Source: a virus
Taxonomy: Duplodnaviria; Caudoviricetes
Length of the DNA stretch: 62,845 bases
Direction: 5' to 3' (one strand)
IMG/VR virus record: IMGVR_UViG_3300005528_000064
Location: 1 to 62,845 of that record
The notes beneath the pieces are model-generated. The model saw only the letters and a program-made list of their open reading frames with translations. It did no database searches and was not told the DNA's origin. Shown here piece by piece: positions 10,507 through 20,898 of the stretch (position 1 is the first letter of the stretch; each line of letters starts with the position of its first letter). A program made the position numbers and the translations under genes.

Positions 10507-12258
10507 ATGCAAGGAATCCAATCGCTGATGCCTGGGCAGGCTCAACAGGCTCCGCTCCCGGGGATGATGCCGCAGCAGAGTTCTTCTACGCCTAGTGCAG
10601 AAATTGCCCGATATAACGGGCTATCGCTACCGCAACTAACCGCGCTCTTTCAACGACAACCGTCAGGTGTTTTGCTACGCAAGATTACTGATGCGCTTGA
10701 AGTTGAAAAGACCCGTAAAGCCCAAGAGGGGCAAAACGCTATGGCAGCGGCAGCGCAGCAAACGGGTACGGTAAAAGATGATGTGATGGCAGCGGCAGCG
10801 GCAGCGCAAACGCCTATCATGGCAGCGTCAGGCGGCATCATGCAAGGCTACGCTGGTGGCGGTGCTGTGGCGTTTAGGCGCGGCGGCGATGTTCAGCACT
10901 TCAGTGATGGTTCAAAAGAGTTCGGTGTTGTAAGCGATCCAGAAGCCTATGCTTTGGATGCACTTCGTTCTGAACAGGAACAAAACAAGCAAAAGGTGCG
11001 TGATCTAGAAAACAGTTACTTCTACTTGTTGTCGCAAAACGACCCTCGTGCAGCACAGGTCAAACAACAGTTGGATGCGCTTTCTGGTCGCCCTTCTGTT
11101 ACTGCACGCCCAGCGCCTGCGCCCGCTCCTGTTATGTCGCCTGAAGCACAAGCATTGATGAGCAGGCAAGGCCCGCGTGGCATCATGGCCGTTGCTCCGC
11201 GTATATCGGCAGTAGGCGCACCGCCTGTAAGTCAACCGAAACAAACGCAACAGCGTCCTCAAACAGAAGTTGCGGCTCCTGTTGCGCCGTCAGATTTGAC
11301 GCCTGAAATGCTTAAAGCATACGCTGACCGTGAGGCACAAATGCGTGGCCGGCTGGTTCGGCCTGAATCTTTGACCCGAGCAGAAGAAGGTCTTGCTGCA
11401 CTGGCAAAGGCAAACATTGAAGCGCAACGTGCGGAAGCGGAAGCCTACGGGAAGGATATTCGTGCGGCGCGTGATGCCGCTATGGCAAGGTCTCAGCGTG
11501 GTTTGCTGGAAGATCCGCAAGCACTTCTTGCATTGGCCGGAAGCATTGACGCCCGTAGGGGGCAGGCTATTGGCTCACTAGCCCGTGGTGCCGCTGGTGT
11601 TATGGGGCAAAGGCAAGCCGCTGCTGAAGCCGCACGCAAGGAATTTACCCAAGCACAACGTGATGAGCGGACGATGCAGGCTAACCTGCGGCAGACGCAG
11701 ATGCTTGAGGCTCAGCGTCAAGTTGCTCTTGAGAAGGGTAAGTTGGATGAAGTCAATGACATCAATTACAAGTTGGCTCAACTGGGAATGGAGCGTGAAC
11801 AGTTCCGTCTGACCCGCGGCGATACGGCATTTGAGCAGGCAATAAAGGGCCGTCAGGTTGCGGCAACTGAACGTCAGGCGCGTGCTGCTGAAATCAGTGC
11901 TGGCAAGCCAAGCGAATTTGAACAGCGCGTTCGCTTGTATAGAGAAAATCCTGAGCAATACCGAACAATGTACGGCATTGACCCGAAGGAAAATTCTGTT
12001 CAGCTTCGCGCACTGAAGGATGAAGAGCAGCAGTTGCTGAAGAGACTTGAGGCTACTTACAGTTCACAAGAAAGAGCGCCAATCACCGCACGACTGGAAC
12101 AAATTAGCAGAGACCGTGTGAAGTTGATGGGCGGCACTCCTGCTACTGAACCTACTGGTGGCGTGGTAACTCCTAAGTCTCAAGCGGAATTTAATGCACT
12201 TCCCAAGGGAGCGCGTTACATTAACCCTGCAGACGGCAAAGAGTACATCAAGAACTGA
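10507..12258 (+). CDS. Putative ejection protein (helical)
   Basis: Ala/Gln-rich coiled coil with multiple xxxGG motifs. Confidence 0.6.
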   Translation: MQGIQSLMPGQAQQAPLPGMMPQQSSSTPSAEIARYNGLSLPQLTALFQRQPSGVLLRKITDALEVEKTRKAQEGQNAMAAAAQQTGTVKDDVMAAAAAAQTPIMAASGGIMQGYAGGGAVAFRRGGDVQHFSDGSKEFGVVSDPEAYALDALRSEQEQNKQKVRDLENSYFYLLSQNDPRAAQVKQQLDALSGRPSVTARPAPAPAPVMSPEAQALMSRQGPRGIMAVAPRISAVGAPPVSQPKQTQQRPQTEVAAPVAPSDLTPEMLKAYADREAQMRGRLVRPESLTRAEEGLAALAKANIEAQRAEAEAYGKDIRAARDAAMARSQRGLLEDPQALLALAGSIDARRGQAIGSLARGAAGVMGQRQAAAEAARKEFTQAQRDERTMQANLRQTQMLEAQRQVALEKGKLDEVNDINYKLAQLGMEREQFRLTRGDTAFEQAIKGRQVAATERQARAAEISAGKPSEFEQRVRLYRENPEQYRTMYGIDPKENSVQLRALKDEEQQLLKRLEATYSSQERAPITARLEQISRDRVKLMGGTPATEPTGGVVTPKSQAEFNALPKGARYINPADGKEYIKN

Positions 12259-12260
12259 TC

Positions 12261-15200
12261 ATGGCACTGGACTTCTCAAAATTTGGCACTCCGGTAGAGC
12301 AGACACCTGTTCTGGATTTTTCAAAGTTTGGGACTCCAGTCCAACCACCCGAAAAGCAAAGCGCCTTCCGTCAGATTGCAGACGTACCGCTCGGCATAGC
12401 CAAGGGCGCTGTTCAAGGCGTTCGCATGATTGCGGACGCTTTTGGCGCTGGGTCTGACACATCCAAGACCATTAAATCTGCTGAGACGTACCTTGCAGAT
12501 TTGATGTCTGCCCAAGCCAAGAACGACCAGCAAGAGATCTCACGCATCATGAAGGATGCGGAAGACAAGGGTGTTCTAGATCAGGTCAAGGCTGGTATCA
12601 AAGCCTTCACCATTGCTCCGGTTGATACGCTGAGCAGTGCTCTAGGAACTGCTGCGCCCGTCATTGCCGGTGCTCTGGGTGCAAAAATTTTGGGTGCTGG
12701 GGCGCTTGCAACCACTGGTGTTTCAGCACTGACCGGCGCGGGCATGGGTGCTGGAACTATCAAGGGTTCCATCTATGAGGAAACCAAGAACGCACTGAAG
12801 GAAGCTGGTGCTTCTGAGCAGGACGCTGAGGCGCGGGCAAAACTTGCGCAAGAGTACGGCGGCAAGAATCTTGACCAAATTTTGTTGGGCACTGTGCTGG
12901 GTGGCGCTGCTGCTGTTGGCCCGCTGGAAAAGGGCGGTGCGGCAATTTTGGCCCGCAGGATTCTTGGCAAGACTGATGTTACTGAAACCGTAGCAGGGCA
13001 AGCGGCCAAGGGTGCTGTTCGCCGCCGCCTAGAAGCCGGTGCGCTGGAAGCGGCTCCTGAATTTATCCAGGCAGGGCAAGAGCAAGTAGCGCAGAACATC
13101 GCTCTTCAGCGGGAAGGGTTTGATGTACCTACGTTCCGTGGGGCAGTGAGTTCTGCTACGTTGGAAGGTCTTGCTGGTGCTGGGCTTGGTGCTACGGTTG
13201 GTGGGGGTAAGCCTGCTGTTGCCCCCGAGGTGCCTCCGCCAGAAGCGCCGCCAGCCCCTCCTCCTGCTGCGCTGGAGTACAAGCCAGAGCCCTTTATCCA
13301 GTTCCCCGATGGGACGGTAGCCAAGCGCTCTGAAGTAGAGGCGTACATCAAAACGCTTCCTGAAGATCAGCAAATGGCGATGCGGGCCAAACTGCTCGGC
13401 CTTGCTCCTCAAGAAGCAGAAGCACCCCCTGCCGAACCTACCAAAGCGCTGGAGTTCAAGCCTGAACCTCTGATTGTTTACCCCGATGGTTCTGTTGCCC
13501 GCAGTAGCGAAGTAGACGCTTACATCCAAAGCCTGCCGGAAGATGAGCAGATTGCTGCCCGCGCAAAATTGTTGGGCATGGGTGAGGTGGCTACCCGCGT
13601 TACGCCTGAGATGCTGAGAAAACTTGGCATTCGTGGGCGGGCACCTGTCATCCAGCGGTTGTCTGGACTTGAGTTGACCGACCCCAAGGTTACGGAAGAA
13701 CTGACAAATTTTGCGTCACAACCTTACGCCTCTCCCGAAGTACGTGGAAACATCTTTGGTTTCCTGAACACCATCAAGCCCGTTGAAGCGCCGGTTGCCC
13801 CGCCTGTTGAGCCTGCCGCCGAGGCACCCGCTGCGCCCGTGGCAGAGGCAGCAGTTGAGCCTAGCGTTGCGGAAGATAGTGAACTCGTAACTCCTGCTCC
13901 GGTGGTAGAAGCCGCTGCGCCTGTGGAGCCGCCATCAAGAAATAGCGAGGCGTGGCGCACAGAAGGCAAAACGCCCGAACAACTGATGGCCGATAAGGTT
14001 GAGTCTGTCAGTTCAGAGCTTGCTGCACAAATTGCAGATGAGGCATCTGCTCAAGATTTTTCTCCGAACGAACTGCCAACAGCAATTCAGCAGTGGGCAT
14101 CTGACGCCAAGATTCCCGCAGATGATCTTCGTTTGAGTGTTATCAAAGCACTTGATAAGTTTGATATCAGCGATGCTCGTAAATCGCAAGTAAAGAAAGC
14201 GCTGAGCCCACTGCGTGCCGCCCCCGCAGCACCCACTGTAGAAGCCGCTGCGCCCAAAGCAGAAGCGCCTACGACAAAGCCAGCAAAAGCTGCCGCTCTC
14301 CGCAAGCAGCCCAATACTGTTATGGGCTCAACCATGTTGGCCGATGTCAGCAATCGGCTTGGTGGTCTTGATCTGTCTCTGTTGTCTGAGTTCTCCACAA
14401 AATTTATCACCAAGCGCAAGGATAAGTACGGTCGCCCATTGACCATGTGGCGCAACCCGATGGTTCCAGGCGTTGGCACTCTGTTCCGCAAGGGAGGCGA
14501 GAGTGACTACGTTCTGATTGCAACTATGCTAGAAGAGGCCGGATACCTTGAGCCGGGTTCTGTTGAGCGTGATTACAAAGAAGCTGGTGAACGCGCCAAG
14601 GACATGATCAAGGCGGCGCTTAACCGTGAAGAAGTTTTAACGCTTGAGCAGCAAGAAAGTCAAAGGCAAACCGACGAAGAAGCAAACCGTCAGGCTTGGC
14701 TTGAGCAACAAGAAGAACTGAAGGCTGAGCGTGACAACGCAGCGCGTGAAGCTGGCTTGACGCCCTATGAAGGTGACTTGCTTACGGATGAAGACATTGA
14801 TGTGTTTGCGCCTGCTAAGCCGCAGACAGATGAGCAATACGCAGCAGGAATGCGTGGGCTTGGATTTGACGAAACGGAGATAGCAGATGCAGTCCAAAAG
14901 AAGCAAGAGAGAGAACGTGCTCAGAAAACTGCTTCAGGCCGACCCGCAGAAGCGAGAGCGGTTCCTGAAACTGGAGAGGGCACTGAGGGGCTTGAGAGAT
15001 ACACCGCCGAAGAAGTAACTCGTAAACAAGAAGAAGCTGAGAAAGCCGCTGCCGAGGAAAAGAAAGCCAAGGCCGCTGAGCAAGAGCGTCTTCGCAAGGA
15101 GCAGCAAGCCAAGGAAGAGAAGGCTCGTGCAGATGAGTCTGTGAAAGACTTTGAGCTTGGCAAGAGCGCAGAAGAACAGATGACCGGCATGGGCGATCTG

Positions 15201-18200
15201 TTTGCTGAGTCGCCCAAACGAGAGCCACGCCAAGGCACACAGAAGCAACTGGAAACGGCAGACGGCCACGCCAAATCAACTGGTGGCACTGTTGTCTATC
15301 AAGATGGCGACATTGCGCTATTGCGTGGCTTCTCCATGCTGACAGGTCAACCTGTCTACGTGGTTACCAACGGTGACTATCGAGCCAAAATAGACATTGA
15401 GGGCTACACGGGCAATCTTGTAACGCCCGCACAAAAAGCGGATCTTGTCAAAGTCAAACAAGAACTTGAGGCAGAAGACAAGGTTAAGTTTGATAAGGCT
15501 CCTAGCATCAAATTTACCGGTGGCCTTGCCACTTCGGCAAACGTAAGCCCAGAGATAGCAGGCATCGTTCGCGGGTGGAAAGACTTGCTTGGCCTCAAGC
15601 CCAATCTGTACATCACGACGATTGATGATGCCGTTGCTGACCGCAACAAATTTACCGGGCCGCACCGTGCTATTGGTTCTGCTGGCCTTGATGCCAACGA
15701 AGCGGGTCAAGTAAGGCGTTTGCCTAACGGCGACTACTACATCGCTTTCAAGAAAAGCACCAGCAAAACCAAGATGCTGGAAGTGCTGGCCCATGAATTG
15801 GGGCACATGCACGAGCGTGAAGTATTCAACAGCGCAGATTCAGACACCAAGAAGAAGATCCGTGAGGAGCATGACAAGTGGCTCATGTCTCAGCAAGGCC
15901 GCTCTGCCCGTGAGTTGGTCCAATCTCTCCGCGCAAAAACTACCGGCAAGACTACCCGTGTTGAAAAGGGTATGCCTGCGGATCAGATGACGCCGTACTG
16001 GAAAAGTTTTGGCGAGTGGTATGCAGACCAAGTTTCTCGCTGGGCAGTTACCTCCGAGAAGCCTGTCAGTGTGGTGGAGAAGTTCTTCAGTCGGCTTGCT
16101 CAGGCGCTGAAGTCTTTCTATTCCAAGATCAAGAACGCTGGCTATCTGCCTAACGAGACATTTGTTCAGTACCTTGAGAAGACCCATCAGCCCTCTGGGC
16201 ACGTTATCTCAACCGATGACGGCACTGCGCAGCAAATGCTTGGTGAAGTTAAGGCCGCGCCATCCGGCAACCCCGGAGAGCAGGCTATCTCCATCGTGAA
16301 CTCTCTTGGCATGGGAGTGAAGCCACCTGAGCCTGGGCGGTTTGAGAAGGCCAAGAAAATCCTGAAGGACGCCGGAGACAACCCGTCTCTCACGAAGGAA
16401 TCAGCCAAGAAGACTCTGACCAAGTGGTTGGACTGGTTTGAGACCACGGTGTTCTCAAGCGACTCTGCGTTCAACAACAAAATTAGGCGTGGCATCATCA
16501 GTGACTTCAAGCAGAACCCTGAAGTTTTGGGGATGCTGCTTGAGGCTAGTCAATCTCAGACTGTTCACGCTGACGCGCTTGCCAGCCAGTTCATGATTGA
16601 CGGCGGGCTTCAGTACAACGACGATCTGAAGAAGTGGGAATCCGTCAAGAAGGACGACAATTTTGTCGCCTTGGCTAAGAAGATTGAAGACCTAGCCAAG
16701 AAGTACAACGTGACGAAGGATGAGATGGAGCGTATTGCTCACACGTACTTCGTTGCCAAGAGACTGCCGGGGATCATCAAGCGCAACGAAGAGTTGGACG
16801 CTGAGATCAAGGCAGAGCGTGCCACGGCCAAGCCTGATCGTAAGCAGATTGAAGAGTGGGAATCCCTGAAGGTTTTCGTCTCTGACGAGCAACTGGCGAT
16901 GATGGAGCCGGGGCTGTCTTTGGCGAAGACCATTCCTGAACTCAAGGAAGTGGTAGACATCTGGCAGGGCATCCGCAAGAACAACATTGATGTGATGGTG
17001 AACAGTGGCCTGTGGTCGCCTGAGTACGCAAACGCCATGTGGGACAACATGGACTATGTTCCGTACTACCGTGAGGAACAGCTTGAAGAAGGTGCAGGCC
17101 CGCAAGAATTTATCCGTGGTCTTCAGGTCAAGTCCAAGGAGTTCAAACTGAAGGGCTCCGGTGCGGCGGTGAATGATGTTTTTGACAACATGATCCGCTG
17201 GAGCCAGTACGCCATGAACCGTGCGATACGGGCGCACAAGGCAACGCAGATGATTGACGCGGCGCTGAAGATCGAGGTTGACGGTAAGCCGATGGCAACC
17301 AAAGTCACGGAACAAAAGCGCGGCATGAACATCGTGCGGGCGTTCCGGGATGGCAAGCAAGAGTTGTACGACATGGCTGACCCCCTGTTCGTGCCGGCGT
17401 TCTCGTCTATCCAGAACGTTTCCATTCCTACCTTGACGTTCATGGCTAAGCTGGCGAACGTACTGAGACAGTCGGTGGTTCTGTATCCTCTGTTCTCTGT
17501 TGCCCAGGTTCCTCAGGATTCCTTCGCGGCGATGTTCTCGTCTGGCCTGAAAACACAGCACGCCCTGAAGATTCCGTACCTTGCGGTGAAGGAGTTTGTG
17601 AAGACTCTTTCCAAGACAAGCCAGACTCACAATGAACTGAAGCGGTTTGGTGTTGTGGGGGTGAGAGATTTCTCCGCTACGGTGATCCGCGATGACGCTG
17701 AAATTTACGCTGGCTTGAAGCCTCCAAAGGGCGGATGGGGCAAGACCAAGGAGTTCTTGGAACACATTGCTATGTCTGCTGACAACGCCGTGCGGCAAGC
17801 GGTGTATGAGGCATCCATGCAGCAAGGACTGAAAAAGTCCGAGGCTCTTGAGAAGGCGTTTGAAATCATCAACTTCCGCCGTCGCGGAACCAGCAAGATG
17901 CTGAACGTGATGGGTCAAACCGTCCCGTTCTTCTATGCTTACCTCTCTGCTCAGCGAGTTGCTTATCGTGTTCTGTCTGGGGTGGGTATCTCTCCGTCAG
18001 ACAGGAAGGAAGCACTGACTACCCTTGCCACTACGTCTGCTGCCGTGGCGGCTTTGTCTGTGATCTACGCGATGGCGAACGGGGATGATGAGGACTACGC
18101 AGAAACCCCTGCTGCTATCCGTGACCGGACGTTGACCATTCCGGGTTCAGGTGGGGTGCGGATTCCTCTGCGGCCTGACTTCTTCTTGTTCCCCAAAATT

Positions 18201-19019
18201 GTTGCCGAGCACACTTACCTGATGCTCAGTGACAAAGGATATGAAGACGGAGCAAAATTTAGGAAGTCAATGGCAGATGCGCTTCTCAGCGCTGTTGCAA
18301 GCCCGACACCGTTCCCCACGGCTATAAAGCCCGCCATCGAAGTAGCCATCAACTACGACTTCTTCCAGGGTAAACCCTTGATCGGAACCTTTGAGAAGCA
18401 GAAGGACGTAGAGCGGCAATTCCGTGATTCAACTTCGGAGTTGGCGAAGATACTTTCCAATGTGCCGTTGTCCTACAGCTTAGAAAAAGGCAAGTTTGAA
18501 GGGATGTCACCGATTGCCATAGATCACATGATCCGTGGCATGCTGGGTTCGTTCGGTGGCTTGGTTCTGTTTGGGACCAATCAGTTCTTGCACTCTGACC
18601 CTGACGTTCCAAGGCCGGAGATGTCAGCGAACGAGATGCTTGCTGCGCTGCCGGGTACGTCCGGTTTGCTCAAGCGCCCGCAAGAATCTGCCCTGAAGAA
18701 CGACTTCTTCGTACTCCGCGATGCAGTAGAGAAAGCGGCTAACACCTTCAACGACATCAAGACTCGTAGCCCCGAAGGGATTGAAGCGTTCTTGGAAGAC
18801 GAGAAGAACGCCATCCGTCTAGGCATGGCTAAGGGCGTTGACAAAATTAACAGGCACTTGTCAGACATCCGTAGAAGGATGACCATCATCACGAACATGC
18901 CTGAGAGCCAGATGCCTGCTGATGAAAAGGCGCAGAACATCCGAGAACTGAGGGAACTGGAGCGTGAAATTTTGCGCTCAGTGAACGTCAAGGAACTGCG
19001 GGAGATGGCGAAGATTTAG
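12261..19019 (+). CDS. Giant (2252 aa) virion/ejection polyvalent protein with HExxH metallopeptidase-like motif and LPD38-like C-terminus
   Basis: LAHELGHMHE motif; C-terminal INFRRRG, PFFYAYL, KPAIEVAINYDFFQGKPL and SPIAIDHMIRG resemble LPD38. Confidence 0.7.
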   Translation: MALDFSKFGTPVEQTPVLDFSKFGTPVQPPEKQSAFRQIADVPLGIAKGAVQGVRMIADAFGAGSDTSKTIKSAETYLADLMSAQAKNDQQEISRIMKDAEDKGVLDQVKAGIKAFTIAPVDTLSSALGTAAPVIAGALGAKILGAGALATTGVSALTGAGMGAGTIKGSIYEETKNALKEAGASEQDAEARAKLAQEYGGKNLDQILLGTVLGGAAAVGPLEKGGAAILARRILGKTDVTETVAGQAAKGAVRRRLEAGALEAAPEFIQAGQEQVAQNIALQREGFDVPTFRGAVSSATLEGLAGAGLGATVGGGKPAVAPEVPPPEAPPAPPPAALEYKPEPFIQFPDGTVAKRSEVEAYIKTLPEDQQMAMRAKLLGLAPQEAEAPPAEPTKALEFKPEPLIVYPDGSVARSSEVDAYIQSLPEDEQIAARAKLLGMGEVATRVTPEMLRKLGIRGRAPVIQRLSGLELTDPKVTEELTNFASQPYASPEVRGNIFGFLNTIKPVEAPVAPPVEPAAEAPAAPVAEAAVEPSVAEDSELVTPAPVVEAAAPVEPPSRNSEAWRTEGKTPEQLMADKVESVSSELAAQIADEASAQDFSPNELPTAIQQWASDAKIPADDLRLSVIKALDKFDISDARKSQVKKALSPLRAAPAAPTVEAAAPKAEAPTTKPAKAAALRKQPNTVMGSTMLADVSNRLGGLDLSLLSEFSTKFITKRKDKYGRPLTMWRNPMVPGVGTLFRKGGESDYVLIATMLEEAGYLEPGSVERDYKEAGERAKDMIKAALNREEVLTLEQQESQRQTDEEANRQAWLEQQEELKAERDNAAREAGLTPYEGDLLTDEDIDVFAPAKPQTDEQYAAGMRGLGFDETEIADAVQKKQERERAQKTASGRPAEARAVPETGEGTEGLERYTAEEVTRKQEEAEKAAAEEKKAKAAEQERLRKEQQAKEEKARADESVKDFELGKSAEEQMTGMGDLFAESPKREPRQGTQKQLETADGHAKSTGGTVVYQDGDIALLRGFSMLTGQPVYVVTNGDYRAKIDIEGYTGNLVTPAQKADLVKVKQELEAEDKVKFDKAPSIKFTGGLATSANVSPEIAGIVRGWKDLLGLKPNLYITTIDDAVADRNKFTGPHRAIGSAGLDANEAGQVRRLPNGDYYIAFKKSTSKTKMLEVLAHELGHMHEREVFNSADSDTKKKIREEHDKWLMSQQGRSARELVQSLRAKTTGKTTRVEKGMPADQMTPYWKSFGEWYADQVSRWAVTSEKPVSVVEKFFSRLAQALKSFYSKIKNAGYLPNETFVQYLEKTHQPSGHVISTDDGTAQQMLGEVKAAPSGNPGEQAISIVNSLGMGVKPPEPGRFEKAKKILKDAGDNPSLTKESAKKTLTKWLDWFETTVFSSDSAFNNKIRRGIISDFKQNPEVLGMLLEASQSQTVHADALASQFMIDGGLQYNDDLKKWESVKKDDNFVALAKKIEDLAKKYNVTKDEMERIAHTYFVAKRLPGIIKRNEELDAEIKAERATAKPDRKQIEEWESLKVFVSDEQLAMMEPGLSLAKTIPELKEVVDIWQGIRKNNIDVMVNSGLWSPEYANAMWDNMDYVPYYREEQLEEGAGPQEFIRGLQVKSKEFKLKGSGAAVNDVFDNMIRWSQYAMNRAIRAHKATQMIDAALKIEVDGKPMATKVTEQKRGMNIVRAFRDGKQELYDMADPLFVPAFSSIQNVSIPTLTFMAKLANVLRQSVVLYPLFSVAQVPQDSFAAMFSSGLKTQHALKIPYLAVKEFVKTLSKTSQTHNELKRFGVVGVRDFSATVIRDDAEIYAGLKPPKGGWGKTKEFLEHIAMSADNAVRQAVYEASMQQGLKKSEALEKAFEIINFRRRGTSKMLNVMGQTVPFFYAYLSAQRVAYRVLSGVGISPSDRKEALTTLATTSAAVAALSVIYAMANGDDEDYAETPAAIRDRTLTIPGSGGVRIPLRPDFFLFPKIVAEHTYLMLSDKGYEDGAKFRKSMADALLSAVASPTPFPTAIKPAIEVAINYDFFQGKPLIGTFEKQKDVERQFRDSTSELAKILSNVPLSYSLEKGKFEGMSPIAIDHMIRGMLGSFGGLVLFGTNQFLHSDPDVPRPEMSANEMLAALPGTSGLLKRPQESALKNDFFVLRDAVEKAANTFNDIKTRSPEGIEAFLEDEKNAIRLGMAKGVDKINRHLSDIRRRMTIITNMPESQMPADEKAQNIRELRELEREILRSVNVKELREMAKI

Positions 19020-19449
19020 CACGCTTACGGGCCTGCTTCATGTCTTCGTCAACAGCGGCCTTATGTTCTACCGCCTTTCCCTTCCACACATGGTAGATGC
19101 TGATCGCTAATTTTTGGCGACGGCCATCCTCGTTGGTCTTGACCACAAGCCCAGCGTCAACAAGTTTGTTCAGATACCTGCTGAAGTTTGCGGAGTCCAT
19201 ACCGATCTGGTCTGCCATCTCGCGCTGACTGGCTTCAATCTTGTTGTGCCAATCGCAGTTCATGAGAAGCGCCATCCACACGCGCAAAGTGTTGCCGTCA
19301 AATTTACGGGCCAACAAAACTTGCCATGCTTCATTACTGACTGCAAGCCACATTTGGAAACCTACCTTGTGTTGCCTTGGCGTGTAGACCGGGACACCTT
19401 CAACAATCTCTCCAGTGTCAAGGTCAATGGTTGCAAAGTTCCTGCGCAT
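18988..19449 (-). CDS. RepL-like winged-HTH replication/maintenance protein (copy 1)
   Basis: DLDTGEI N-terminus, SQREMADQIG...FSRYLNKLVDAGLV HTH, VWKGK. Confidence 0.7.
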   Translation of the reverse strand: MRRNFATIDLDTGEIVEGVPVYTPRQHKVGFQMWLAVSNEAWQVLLARKFDGNTLRVWMALLMNCDWHNKIEASQREMADQIGMDSANFSRYLNKLVDAGLVVKTNEDGRRQKLAISIYHVWKGKAVEHKAAVDEDMKQARKRAKSSPSPAVP

Positions 19450-19457
19450 GTCAAGCC

Positions 19458-19473
19458 CTGTAGGTTTATACAG
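19458..19473. promoter_or_regulatory. LexA (SOS) box
   Basis: CTGTAGGTTTATACAG, a perfect CTGT-N8-ACAG, between the promoter and start of RepL-1. Confidence 0.75.
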
Positions 19474-19478
19474 TGCGC

Positions 19479-19508
19479 ATTGTAGCGGGCTACAGTAGGA
19501 AAGTGCAA
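19479..19508 (-). promoter_or_regulatory. Sigma70-like promoter for RepL-1
   Basis: TTGCAC-18-TACAAT on the minus strand. Confidence 0.6.
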
Positions 19509-19544
19509 GTTTCCCTCTATAACCCTTTTTTTCCCTCTATATCT

Positions 19545-20102
19545 TTAACCCGGAGGAACAGCCGGAATGCAGGCCAGGGTGGAGTTCTTCGCACGCAGCT
19601 TTTCTTCCACTGCTTTGACACCCACGAAGCCGAGGGCTTTGTAGTAGTTGTGTTCTTCTTCTGTTAGCCCTTTCCAGGGTAGCAGTTTCCCTTGGAGGTT
19701 CTGCTCCCGCTTCGCTGCCATCGCAGCCCACCAGCCCGCGCAGTAAGCAATCTTCTCTGCTTCGGTCTGTGCCTCTGGTGGTGGTTTTACGTTATGACCT
19801 TTTATCTCGGGTTGGATAATTGGCTCACAGTAGCAGTACCCCGGCGCACAAGATTTATTGCATGGCTCAACCTGTAAGGATTGCTTACAAGTTGCATCAG
19901 CATGTGCCATCTGTGCTTGCGTAACGGTAAGCAGTTGTTCCACCAGCCAATGCTCAAAGGCTGCTTGGGATTTGTCTTCTCGATAGTCGAGGGCGGCTTC
20001 CAGCGCCCGTTCCGCATCGCAAGGTTGATGGCACCCGAGTTCACGGCGGTAACCCTTCAAAGAAGCTAGCGCCCGAAGGGCAGCAGTACGAAGATCAGTC
20101 AT
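19545..20102 (-). CDS. Hypothetical modular protein (MTDLRTAA family)
   Basis: GGAG RBS; N-terminus shared with the 20095 and 28184 ORFs. Confidence 0.65.
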   Translation of the reverse strand: MTDLRTAALRALASLKGYRRELGCHQPCDAERALEAALDYREDKSQAAFEHWLVEQLLTVTQAQMAHADATCKQSLQVEPCNKSCAPGYCYCEPIIQPEIKGHNVKPPPEAQTEAEKIAYCAGWWAAMAAKREQNLQGKLLPWKGLTEEEHNYYKALGFVGVKAVEEKLRAKNSTLACIPAVPPG

Positions 20103-20301
20103 GGTTTGGCTCCTTTAGCTCAAAGGCATGGCGCGCTTCAGCACACGGTTTGCAGCACACGGCCCTTTTGTCGAGGTCACCCACCCATTTGCCGCAACGG
20201 CAGCACTTGCTCATGTAGTAGCCGGGCGCGTAGCCGTACCTCTTGAGGTGTATCCAGTCGGCCTGCTCCGGCTGCTGGGCAGCAGTACGAAGATTAGTCA
20301 T
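20095..20301 (-). CDS. Hypothetical Zn-finger protein (MTNLRTAAQQPEQ)
   Basis: GYAPGYY, CxxC...CxxC. Confidence 0.65.
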   Translation of the reverse strand: MTNLRTAAQQPEQADWIHLKRYGYAPGYYMSKCCRCGKWVGDLDKRAVCCKPCAEARHAFELKEPNHD

Positions 20302-20657
20302 ACATTCTCCTGCTTGTCTGTAGGGCGGTGTTCACGATTACCAAACGAATGCGCAACTCGAAACGGGCGCATCTGCGGCGTGTCTTGAATGGTCTCAATG
20401 GGGATCACTGCAGCAAGTTTGCCGTGGCGGTAGACCCTGCGGTTCATCGTAAAGCCGTCGTCGTACTCCCAAGAGTCGCCTGGGCCTAGAGGCTCCGGCT
20501 TGGCTAGAGCATCGCGCAGGGCGGTGATTGCTTGGACAGCGACTTCTTCGTCCTTGGTAGTCCGATTACCCAGCGGTTTGCGATAACTGTACAACGCCTC
20601 CAGCGCCTGCTCCAAAACTTTACGGTCTACTTGCATACAGATTCCTGATGGTTTCAT
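20298..20657 (-). CDS. Hypothetical protein
   Basis: LEQALEAL...ITALRDALA module; coupled overlaps; start uncertain. Confidence 0.55.
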   Translation of the reverse strand: MKPSGICMQVDRKVLEQALEALYSYRKPLGNRTTKDEEVAVQAITALRDALAKPEPLGPGDSWEYDDGFTMNRRVYRHGKLAAVIPIETIQDTPQMRPFRVAHSFGNREHRPTDKQENV

Positions 20658-20898
20658 TGAGTACGGTCATCTCGGTTTTCTTCAGCGTTTTCCAGATTCG
20701 TGCTTGCCCATGCAATCCATTGAAAGAACCCTGATGACAATCCCGGCACAGAGGTATCACAAGTAGGTGGCTTTCTTGTTCAATGTGGTGGGCATCTGAA
20801 GGGGGCGGCGCATCGCACACCCCGCACGGCATCTCTTTGATGCGGGCTATGTGCATACGCTCTACGGCGGTCTTACTTTTGTGGTTCTTGCTGAACAT
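20620..20898 (-). CDS. Small HNH-like/Ref-like (DUF968-type) nuclease
   Basis: PCGVC...DAHHI...IPLCRDCH...GLHG. Confidence 0.7.
   Translation of the reverse strand: MFSKNHKSKTAVERMHIARIKEMPCGVCDAPPPSDAHHIEQESHLLVIPLCRDCHQGSFNGLHGQARIWKTLKKTEMTVLNETIRNLYASRP

Noticed and set aside
16692-17918. 408-aa minus-strand ORF
   Set aside because: Antisense shadow of the giant protein; no RBS or domain motifs.
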